Of a stretch of 64,000 nucleotides of DNA, positions 51,938 to 63,239 are shown in pieces. Below the pieces are notes generated by a model. The model saw nothing but the letters and a program-made list of their open reading frames with translations, searched no databases and was not told the DNA's origin. Position numbers and translations under genes: made by a program. Origin of the DNA: Nymphaea colorata (taxonomy: Eukaryota); NCBI RefSeq assembly GCF_008831285.2, contig NC_045138.2, positions 2,604,001-2,668,000 on the forward strand. The letters are read 5' to 3'. Each line of letters starts with the position of its first letter. Within the stretch, counting starts at the first letter, position 1.

Positions 51938-54498
51938 CTATAAGCGGTCGGCAAGTTGAGGAAATTGCTGAAGAAGCAGAGTTACTCCTCTGATGGCACC
52001 CTGTTAAGACAACGCATATGTCAACAAATATATTCACAAGAACTTTGCAAGTGCTGCAACACAGCCATACTGGTGATGCCTATAGGCTAATCAGGAACAT
52101 ACATAGATATAATCAGGAACATTGCGTGCTCATAGCGGAAAAAATGAATAATTCAGTGGCATACCAGGGCCAGCTCTCCAGGTTTCAGAGCAGGTTCCAC
52201 ACTATCTCTTCCATAACTGTGAAAATAACAACAGGTTAGAAACTCAGAAAGAATGGTTATCCAGAGAACCAAATGAAGACGAACACCATGAGCTGATATT
52301 TTCTCTTTTCCAGTCTCTACTTGGGGATTCATGTTAGTTTGCCGGTGGCTGTTGGTATGACTGAAACTACCACAGTGTGTAAGCATGAACCAAACCCACT
52401 CAAGTTTACAGTCCCATCTCCAATAGTTGTTTTATCAATATATACAACTCTATGTAATCCTGCGTGTCTATATGCATGCACTCCTTTTGTAATTGCTTTG
52501 AAATGCATTGCGCCTTCTTCGAAGAAATTTATTTGTTTGATCCATGACCAAAAATTTCTGCGAAGCAAAATCCCATGACATTTTCAAGGAACTAGCTTTT
52601 GGCATATGTGAAACTGCATGATGAATAATATAACGTAAAAATTTTGAAAAAAAACTCATTTCGTGTTGCACTGGAATGGATTAAAAACAGATCAAGTGAG
52701 AAAGTTCTACATGGGAAAAGATCAAGGTGTCAAACTATTTTTGGCAAACGTCAAAGACATAAAAGATACCTTTATTTTCTTTTTCCTTGTAATGAGGTGC
52801 TTATTACTTTTTTCAGTTGAAGGGCACATGATTCTTTGCCACAAAATCAGTGACGGGGAGAATTTCCTATCGAGTCAAGGAGGAGTTCTGCATTTCCAAG
52901 CTCGATAGTTACATCAACAAAAGATGGGTGGAGGCAATAGCAGACTGTACTCACATGATCTTCCTCTTGCCATTGCTCACTTCGCATCGATAAAAGCTGC
53001 AGCCCTTGCTAAAAGGGAAGGATCTCCCCTTCCATTCTGTTAAACGTATGTAAATGTCATTGACAGTAAAGAAAATCACAGAAGGAAAAGTTGGTGCTGG
53101 AGGTGAACAACGACAGGCAGAACAGAAGATGGCATACCAAGGTGCCATGTGACCCCGACAGCTGAAGAATCGTCGCCACTTATGTCGTCTATCACAAACT
53201 GCAAGTCTGCACTGATAGAATCTGTAAACTTCTTGAAGAATTCAAGTATCGCCTGCATATCCATATGAAGAACCGCATGAATCTGTTTTTCTTATCAGAT
53301 TCACAATCCCATGTTTGGTTTTCTCATTAACTTACTACTTAATTAGAGAATCCCAATCTTATCCTTCATTTACCCAAGATCAGATTTCTGTGCAAGTGTT
53401 GTAAAAGTCGGTTCTGAAATTTAATCGGATTCAGTGAATCGGTTGGTTCAGCTAAATTGGTTGGGAATTGACAAAAAAAAATTACAAAATTCAGTTTCAA
53501 AAATGTCTTTTTTTTAATAATAAACTACCACAATATTTGAAAAACACTTAATGGTTCTCTTAAATTGCTATGAAATTCGTTTCAAATTGGCTGATTCTGA
53601 CGACATTGGTATAACTAAGGCAATTTTGTAGAAAATAACTTGAACCGGCATAGGTTCTCTGTGCCAAAGCGGCAAAGCCCCTGTTTTGGAGCGACCCAGG
53701 AGACCTAGCGTTATCATCTATGTTCTGGATCTGGATCAACCTTATACCATCAAATCAGATATGGATCCGGGTCATCTGGGACAGATTTGAATATTTTGAA
53801 AGCCGTATCAAAAGCATTGGCTCTATAATAATTTGCTTGTAGCACGATCAAAGCTGAACCCAGCCCATATTCCCGAGCATAGATTCAAATTACAAATAAC
53901 AACCCGACCTGATCCAAATTAAAGATCCATAAACGTCCGCAGCAAAAGCTATAATACTACGTCAGAAGTCCGATCCATCCACGAAAACGTTTCGCGTCAA
54001 GAAACAGAGATAAGAGAAACCGATCCGTTACGCTGCAACGGGAAGAGGAGGGGAGGGCGCAGACGAAGCAGTATTATAGTCCACAAAGGCACAAACCTTG
54101 CGGCCAACGAAGGGACGAGGGAAGATGAGGTCCTCGTAGACGCAGTTGTCGGCAATGAGCTCCTCCACGGATTCCAGGTTGCGGCCATTGATTCCGTCGT
54201 AGAATCGCCTCACCAGCTCCGCCGGGGAATCGGCGGCCGCGGAGGGAGATGGAGGTGAGGTCGGCGGCGCAGACGAAGTTAACGTCGCCTGGTTACCCTC
54301 TGCCCTCGCCACCAGCGGGCAGAAGGGGGCCTCGAGGGAAACGCGGCGGGCGGGAGAGGAGGAGGATGGGAAGGGAACCAGGGAATCTTGGTGCCGTTGG
54401 ATGGGGAAGGTGTTTGATCCAAATTTGGGGACATTGCTGTGGAAGGTTCGTGCCTCCCGTAGAGGAAGGAAGGTAGACGCAGGGAAAAGATAGCTCAT
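51938..54498 (-). CDS. SnoaL-like / NTF2-family protein, probably plastid-targeted (exons 54498-54097, 53252-53138, 53036-52955, 52216-52165, 52000-51938)
   Basis: Transit-peptide-like N-terminus, then LVRRFYDGINGRNLESVEELIADNCVYEDLIFPRPFVGRK|AILEFFKKF..LQFVIDDISGDDSSAVGVTWHL|EWKGRSFPFSKGCSFY..|YGRDSVEPALKPG..|..QQFPQLADRL*. All junctions are GT-AG and in frame. Confidence 0.9.
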
Positions 54499-55039
54499 CC
54501 CCCTCTCCCTCTCTCTCAGAGGTCTCTCGCTCTGTAACAGAGGTCTCTCTTTCTCTGTCTTCTAACAGAGTGGGGCAAAGTGTGGCTCAAGTACGCCACA
54601 CAATTTATATATATATATAAGTATATAATTCTTACATTCCTCCAGCCATCAGTTGTATAGGAGCTGGACATAACACGTAGACGTAGTCATGGCCCTCATG
54701 GGGACGAAGCGGGGTTCAAGATCGACGGATGGTGGAGATTTTAAGAATTAATTTATTTATTTATTATATATATATAATTGAAAGAAAGCGTACCATATAA
54801 AAGTTTCGTTAAAACTAATTACTTAATCTATTCTTATAGATATAAGGTTAAGAGTGATTTGGTTATATTTAATTGTTTTTTTACTTAAATAATGTTTTTT
54901 AATGATAAAAAAGAATGGCTCTTAAACATAAGATTTTTCTTTACAAAAATAACGTGAACTAAATCATGATTTATATTAAATTAGTGTTTCTAAACACATT
55001 AGAAATTCATATTTATATAAATTTAAAATTTCATTGGAC

Positions 55040-57450
55040 TACATGTGTGAAACATGTGAATGGTTATTAGGAAAATTTTTATGAAATGAAATTATAATCA
55101 ATAGCAAAAAAGACACACTTTTTTAAAAAAACACACGGAATATCTAGGTGTAGAGATTGGTGAAAAAAAAGTCAAGTTACAACCACACATAACCACAAAA
55201 GCTTTAGAATTTGAAATACATGATATCAAAAGTCTTCAACGGTTTTTAGAATTAGTTAATTATACTAAACTATTTATTAAAGACTTCGAGAAAATGCACC
55301 GGTTCGCTTTTACAACAACATGGGAGGCAGAGGAGATGGGGCAGAGAAGAAAAGGAATGAGAGTTTGGAAATGATAGATAAGTGGATGGATAACAAAGAG
55401 GATGGGTGGATGATGATGAGTACAGATGCTGGGGTGGTGTTTATATAGACACCAGACTTGAGAACAAATTACAACTTGAAAAGGAATTAGATTCCTTTTC
55501 GAACAAACTAAACACTAAGAGACAAAAGTAGTTACATTTGAAGAAACTCGAAGAAGGACAACTGTCGTGTGCTAGATGAGGTGACAGTCAAACATATCCA
55601 AAAAGTGTTACAGTGCGCTACAGTGTCCTTCGCAGTGCTACAATCTTCTAGAGGCTCCTCGAGATGATTTACCTCAGGATGTGACCCATTGTTTTAATCT
55701 GTAGGGTACGTCATAGGGTAAATTTTTATGCCAAAAATTTACAAAAGTAATACTCATACTTATCCTGAAGGGTTTTTCCCATAGTAGATTTTAAAGTGAT
55801 GATGTACAATACAAATCCTAATTCTAACTTGAGGGATTTTTCCAAAGAAAAGCTTATCACGTTTCTTCTCAAACATATGATGCTTAAATTTTACATAAGA
55901 AACACTATATCCATTGAAAGTTTAACCATAACTTGCAAGGGTAAAATTTTACCGATCTTGATGGCTGCAGAGTTAAGGACTCAGCAGCTTCGTCCTTACT
56001 TCTTTTTAGTTATTCTCAATTTCTTCTTTGTATTGTTCATTATTATCTCATCTTCCTTCATCGCCAACATTTCACTCATCTTCATTGTCATCTCTTTGGA
56101 TGACTGCTCCAACATTCTGATTGTCACCTGTCCAATCTACCAGATTATTGTCGTAGATTTGACGAAAATATTTACAGAGGCGAGGGTTTATCTATAAAAC
56201 ACTTTGGAAAAGAATGTAAAATTTTTCAATAACCCAACTGTCTACTAGGAAGATTTGTGTATTTCTGTCTTCAACTACCATACAAGTAGTTTTTGTCCAC
56301 CGAGCATATTGGTATGCGGTTATAGTATAAGCTCTCCATCCCTTCAGTTGAGAATATACATATTCTTCAATCAAAGCAGTTCTAATAGTGTCTTCAGCAA
56401 TTCTGGTTTGTAGAGAAAAAGTGAAGTGTATATATTGGTCGTGATTTCTTGTTTTGCTTCACATGAGTATTTATAAGAGGGAGGAATAGACTCAATGTCT
56501 AGGTTAACATAACCATAAGGCTTTATATCTCCAGGTTTGAACATTCTTTTTAGCCTAATATCATGATTTCTTCTTGAACATGTTTCCTCATGATTCTATT
56601 TTCTTATTCTAAAGCTTGTATTTTTTCATTTAGCTATTCTTTTTCTTTCTTTCGCCAATTATCATGCATATTACCAATCAGATGAAAGTTACTCAAACTA
56701 TGAAGAATATTTATATAATGAATGGTATGAACCATAAAAGTTTGACATACCATCACGTTACCATATGAATCGATTAGAATATTATGCACATTACCAATCA
56801 AACTAAAGTTACTCAGACTATGAACAATATTTATATAATGAATGGTATGAACCATAAAAGTTTGTCATACCATCAATCACACGCTTCAAAAAAGTGAAAG
56901 TAACAAAAAATCAACAGAAGAACGAGATGAAGATGCTTGAACCCTTACGGCAGCGACCAGCTGTTGCATGCTTATAACAATATCCAATGGATTATCACTA
57001 ACTTTCCTTTTTTCGATGGAGAAAGCAGGGTCAAGGTCATGTAATCTTTTTTTAGATTGGTCAAAATAACTTATAATTTTAATAAGTCTCTTAATCTAAG
57101 ATTCAAACATCAATGTCTCTATCTCTATTCATCTTTTTAAAGTCTACTTAACATGTTGGCTAGGCGATTGTCTTCTCCCTTTATGTGCTCAAATGTTACT
57201 TTATAATTTTGGTTTATAAGGGTATCTTTAAAGGATATCTATCTTGGCTGACTCATTCTTTTTGAATTCTTATTTTCATAAAATTTTACAATAGTATCAC
57301 AATCGTTCGTAACTACTATTTTTTTTTTATTAAGCAAAAATAAGCGAAAACTGTTGAGTGCATATACTACAGCAAGAATTTTCTGACGTATACTGCTGAA
57401 AAATCTTCTCACATGCATCAAAAAAGTGAAAATAACAAGACACACGGCTT
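55040..57450. mobile_element. Endogenous caulimovirid (pararetrovirus) fragments, rearranged
   Basis: Plus strand 55138-55296 reads EYLGVEIGEKKVKLQPHITTKALEF..SLQRFLELVNY (RT C-terminal region). Minus strand ~57390-57145 reads KILAVVYALNSFRLFLLNK..TNDCDTIVKFY..NSKRMSQPR*ISFKD..KVTFEHIKGEDNRLANMLSR (caulimovirid RNase H). This is followed by a decayed downstream ORF and a TCTATATAAA box. Confidence 0.8.
56657..56875. repeat. Two-copy tandem repeat (~120-bp period)
   Basis: ATTACCAATCA..AAAGTTACTCA.ACTATGAA.AATATTTATATAATGAATGGTATGAACCATAAAAGTTTG.CATACCATCA occurs twice, 120 bp apart. Confidence 0.9.
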
Positions 57451-58197
57451 CTCGTTGAGAAAAGGCGAATGCGATTATATTTGGAAGACCAATTAGCCAC
57501 TATCCTAAGTAAAATTGGAAGCTTCCAAGAATATAAAGATAGTATAGAAGTCCTACAAAAACAAACTTCAAAGTACCTACAAAATCCAAATCAAAACTAT
57601 ATTGAAATAATAAAATTAATCAGGAGTGGTCCGAATGCATCGGGATGTGCATGTATGAGGCCGCAACACTCAGATGGCCCGAGAAATACATGTTTTGAGT
57701 TTGTCCGGCCCAATGTGCAAATATTCCAAAAGATTTTCCTCTCGGTGTATGGAAATTTTTTGTATGTACATATTTATAACACCAGAGAAATTTTTTGCAT
57801 GTGCATATTTATGACACCAGATAAAGGGGCTTATATAAGAGCATAGTTATTAATCTGGTATAAGATATGTGGTTTGGTGACAAAAAAAGATACTAACATA
57901 ATTTTATTCATAACAATATATATGGGTGGACATTAGGTCTTGTGACAAAAAAAAAATGTTAACATAATTTTATTAATAGCAATACATATGGGTGGACATT
58001 TGAGCAGAGGGTCCGCTCACTACCCGTTTGATTTGAAGCCAATAAGGAATTCGGATTTCCTGATCAGATTCAGTTATAAATTTAGAAGTCAGATTTGAAT
58101 ATGGTAAAACCTTGGGTATTTGGCATCCCTAATTCGAATCCAATCTGTCGTCTAGTGCATTTGAATGGTACCTAACTGACTCTTTTAAAGTCACGAA

Positions 58198-58672
58198 TAG
58201 GGTTGTTCAACAGGTCGAGCTCGACTGGAACTCGCTCGATAAACTTTACTCGAACTTGACTTGTTTATTAAACGAGTCGACTTCGAGTTAAGAAATGAAC
58301 TCGACAACCTAAACAAGTCGAGCTCGAGTTAAGTAGGCTCGGCTCAGGTGCTCGAGAAAAAAAAAATATAATACATATGATAAAATTATCAAAAAAGGGT
58401 AGACTGCTCAAATGGATATACACGTCACTGATACGTGGGTGGTTTTTAAGTCTATATGCCACCTTTTCTTTTAAAAATTGTAAATTTTCAATGAAATGCT
58501 TGGCTCGGCTCGAGCCAACCTTAGGTTTGAGCTCAATCAAGCTGAGTCGAGCTCGAGCTAATGAAATCGAACTCATGTCGAGCTCGAGCTCCAGCTCGAG
58601 CCGAGCTCAAGTTCCTTTTAAGACACGCAAAGCGAGCTCAACTCGGCTCGAACTGGTGCATAAACAGCCCTA
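58198..58672. mobile_element. CTCGAG-rich hAT-type MITE copy
   Basis: Termini TAGGGTTGTTCA ... TAAACAGCCCTA with GAGCTCGAG subrepeats, as in 209-650. No matching TSD. Confidence 0.7.
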
Positions 58673-61239
58673 CTCGCTAAGTCACATATGGGTTAGTATA
58701 GGCAATGTTTCTTTATTTTCACATTGCCATCTTTAAATAATTATTCGTGTTTTTTTACATGAAAGTCTGTGAATGAGTACCACTTGGAAAATCATTTATG
58801 ACTCCCCACTTACAAGTTCTTAGCAGGAAAAAAATTAAAAAATCTATTTTAAAAAAAACTAGTTTTTTTCTAAAAACAACCTTTTTTAGGTGTTATTAAC
58901 TATCATTTGATATTTTAAGGGGTTTTAATACTTTGTTTTCTATTTACCTAATACTTTGTACTAAATGTTGATAGCAGAGATTTGTTCAGTTTGTTTCTCA
59001 ACTTTGTTGAGGGGCAGACTTTATCTGAGAAATGCCACTTTCTAACAAAAGTTAAGCACATATTAAGAAATATACAAATCATATGGCCGTATTGTGATTA
59101 CAACTAAAATATAGGGGTCAAATGAAAAATCCGTTACAAGAAGTTACACCGGCAGGACATCCTCATAAACGAAAATTTCCCTCCAAGAAAAGGGTCGCGG
59201 TCTTCTTCTGGAGATCAAAAATGAAGACGAGGAGATGAGGAAGAGGAAGGGAAGGGCTATCGTCTCATGCTCCTCCTTAATTGCGTCGTTCTCTCCATCA
59301 ACGGGGACCCAAGGTTTTCCTCCAGCGGCGCTACTGCTTTCGAGGTGCAGAGCCCTGCGCATGGAGGGAGGATGGTCTTCCCTGTGCGGTCGAATCGGGC
59401 CAAGGTCATCTTGGAAGGAGAATGGCGCTTTCCGGTTTGATTGCCTTCTGATTCTTGACATGTCTATTGAGTTATGTGCTTTGAGGGTTTTTCGTGATTG
59501 ACTGGCATTCTTAATAGGATTCATCCAGCACACTCATGTCTTGGCCGCCTTGCTTCTCTGTTTCATACCCTGCGGATTCTTGATCTCGATAATGATCTAT
59601 TTCGTTCTTGAGTATTGGATGCCGAATTTCGATGATCAGTGACCTTCTTGAGACAACTCATTGATAGCCATTTTCCTCCCTACATATCGTTGATCTCGAA
59701 GGATGAATCGTCCTTCCCGAACTTATAGCTTTTCCCTTCTTGTATCCTATCAGTGATCTCTTGGTTTCTTTGCTGCCACTGGATGGATGATTTCGTTGCT
59801 CAATGATGTTCTCACATGACTTGTCTGATGTTGTGAGGCTTGCGGATGATGATTATCTCATGGCATAGTTTCGATCTAGCCCTATGAGTCGAATTTGGGG
59901 GGCTCGTGTGTGTTCTTTCTACACATGGGCTCACGCGATCCAAGGTACGTGACTCAGTTTACGGTAATTCTGCTGTGAAATTGGATAACTTGCCTGCAGC
60001 ACGCTTGATATGTCATTACTATCTACCTTTTCCTAGCCTGCAAGCATCGGGGTTCCAGTTGGTCCGTAATTGATTAAAAAGGTTGAATTGAACTGAATTG
60101 AGTCTTGGCTCTTATATTTCATGCTCTTTGGAGTTAAACCTACTTGATAAGCATTTTATACATCAACATTTAATTGCATGAATTATGGTGTTCTTGTTGT
60201 AGCTTTGAGGTAAAAATTCTATGTTGGCTGTGGAGATCTGGGCACGAATGCCAGCATCCGCAAAATTGTTTTTCCACAGAATTATATATTTAGAGAATCT
60301 CTCGTGCAGATTGATTCTGCTTCAGTATATTAAATTAAATAGGTAAATAGTTTATGTGATTATTTGAGAACTAATCGCTTAAGACTGAAAAATGCTGCCA
60401 AATTACATAGTCACAGAAAACACATTTTTTTGAAAAAAAACACGAAAAAAATGAGATAAATTAAATGGCCATTTAAAACTTAAAAAAAAACACTTTTTTT
60501 TTAAACATCGCGGTGTTTTCACTTTTTTCATTTTTTAGTTTTTTTAATGCCAAACTTTTTTTTTTCATTTCCTATTTTTTACTTTTTGCAAATCTACTTA
60601 TTTTTTATTGTTTGTGTTATTAGTTTCTCACTTATTTCATTTTCAGTTTTTTTTTTCATTTTTTTTATTTGTTGCAAATGTAGTTTGTATTATCACTTTT
60701 GATCTTTTGATGTTTGTGACTATGGCCGAAAGTACGGCCATCATTTGCATAAGACATGACTACCTGATCGGAAGGTGTATGATAATGATAGGACGTAATA
60801 ATGCCGAACCTTTTAAAACTGGTCCTTGATTCAAAAGTTTACACCAAAAACGGGTCTTTCTCGAGCATAATATTAAGAAAATACTTCAATGTATAAAATG
60901 ATGGTGATACTTCTAGCTGCAGAGCATGGGACTAAGTTCCAACTGGCACAATAGCTTTTTCTTTTAAATTTTTTTGCCGCCAACTCAAAGAATGCAGGAT
61001 CAGTTGACCTACTAGATAGATAGTAACATACACCAACCAAGAATGAAATTGATAGCAAATGTCTAATTATAAAAATATAAGATGCGTTTTTTTTTACTTT
61101 TTATTTAGCTTCTAGCCATCGAAAAGTTTTCTATTATTAAATGGGTTAATATGTAATTTAAACATCAAACATTTGCTTGTGAGAATTCAAAAATGTATCT
61201 GTCCATGTTATTCTTAACTCGAAAATCAGTGCATCAAAG

Positions 61240-61311
61240 GTGGCTGTAGTTTAGTGGTTAGAATTCTACGTTGTGGCCGTAGAGACCTGGGCTCGAATCC
61301 CAGCAGCCACA
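61240..61311 (+). tRNA. trnH-GUG: tRNA-His (anticodon GTG), nuclear type
   Basis: GTGGCTG/CAGCCAC acceptor stem, A-box TAGTTTAGTGG, anticodon arm CTACG-TTGTGGC-CGTAG, B-box GGCTCGAATCC, discriminator A. CAA motif just upstream and TTTTT terminator 13 nt downstream. Confidence 0.95.
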
Positions 61312-63203
61312 TATTAATTTACATTTTTAGCATAACCTTGTATGTTTATCTAACTAGATTTTATTCTCATCCATTGTTTTAGTTATTTTATTTTATCATA
61401 AATTTAATATTTATAAGTTCCTCTTATTAAAATTAGCATGCAGACATTTTAGTATGTTTAAGATTTGCATAAAATGACCACTTGATACAGACACATATAT
61501 TAATTTATATTTTCAGGTTAGCCTTACATATTTATCTAACTACATTCCATTCTTATGCATTGATTGATTATTTTTTTCAATCTTTTTGCTATAAATTTAT
61601 AAACACTTATCAATTTTCCTTTTTTAAATTAGTAAGCCGACTTTATAGTATTTTTAAGATTTGCGTAAAATGGCCACTGAAGGACAAGTCACATATTAAT
61701 TTACATTTTTAGGTTGAACTTATATATTTATCTAATTAGATTTCATTGTTATGCATTGGTTGGTTATTTTATTTCATTAATAATTTCGTTGTAGATTTAT
61801 AACACTTCATTCTTCTTTTTTAAAATCAATATTTCAATCTTTTAGTTATAGATTTACAAACATTTATCAGTTTCCCTTCTTAACTTCAGTGTACTGACAT
61901 TTTAGTATATTCTAAGATTTGTATAAAACGATCATTTGATAGATAAACCACATTAGTTTACATTTTTAAGTTAACCTTATATGTTTATCTGACTAGGTTT
62001 CATTCTTATTCATTAGTTGGTTATTTTATTTCAATTTTTTGTCATAGATTTAGAAACACTCATGAGTTCTCTTTCTTAAAATCAGTACCTGACATTTTAG
62101 TATGGTAAACATGGACAAACCATATATTACTTTACATTTTGAGGTTAAACTTATATATGTATCTAACTAGATCTCATTTTTGCGCATTGATTGGTTATTT
62201 TATTTCATTAATATTTTTGTTGTTGATTTATAACACTTATCAATCTCCATTCTTAAAATCAGTATTTCAATATTTTTGTTACAGATTTCTAAACACTTAT
62301 AACTTTCCCCCTTAAAATTAGTTTGTTGACATTTTAGTATGTTTAAGATTTGTACTTATTCTTATGCATTAGTTGGCTGTTTTATTTCAATTTTTTTTGT
62401 TACAAATTTATAAACACTTATGAGTTCCTATTCTCAAAGTCAGTACTACTACTGTGACATTTTATTATGGTTAAAAGTTGCATAAAAAAAACCGCTTGAA
62501 AGATAACCCGCACATTAATGGATATTTTCGCTTAAGTTTGTACATATATTTAACCAAATTTCAATCTTATGCTATGTTGTCAAGGCACCTAGGCGGGCCT
62601 AGGTGAGGCCTAGCGGAAAAGGTGACCATTTTTTTCATTTTATTTTTAGTTATGTTAATATGCCTAGGCATTTTGATTAACTATTACTAATATTTGAAAT
62701 GTGGAGAGTACTAATATAACACCCATAAATAACTTAAACAATAAAAAGTTAATTGTTTACTTCATTGAATATGCAAGCAGAAGTTTAACATTACTCATTA
62801 AATGTAATTTAATACAAGAAACCAGTAAAAAATCTAAATCTAATCTCTAGAGGAAGGAATGTAAATCCACAAGAAGGCTTTAATCCATATGTACTTAAAG
62901 AAAAACATAATGTAATAAAAAAGACTAACAATACCTAATAGTATACATATAAATACACAACAGTAACAATACATGTAAGTGCATAACCACACTAACATAT
63001 ACATATAACAGGTATCACAATACTACGTATTATATAACAGCCTAACAGTATATACATATAATAGGTTGGTGCAATCCTATATAACAGATATAACAGACTG
63101 TATAGTATATACATATAACACGTATTACAATACATATAACAGGAATAACAAATTGTATTACAATACAATTTAACATAATAGTACCTACATATAAATTTAT
63201 AAC

Positions 63204-63239
<36 letters not shown>

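Noticed and set aside
57469..57846. 125-aa plus-strand ORF next to the viral RNase H fragment
   Set aside because: The N-terminal part may be another viral fragment, but no diagnostic motif was recognised, so it was left uncalled.
59150..60060. GC-richer segment vaguely resembling a decayed LINE/RNase H-like region
   Set aside because: No motif could be read with confidence. A translated search would be needed.
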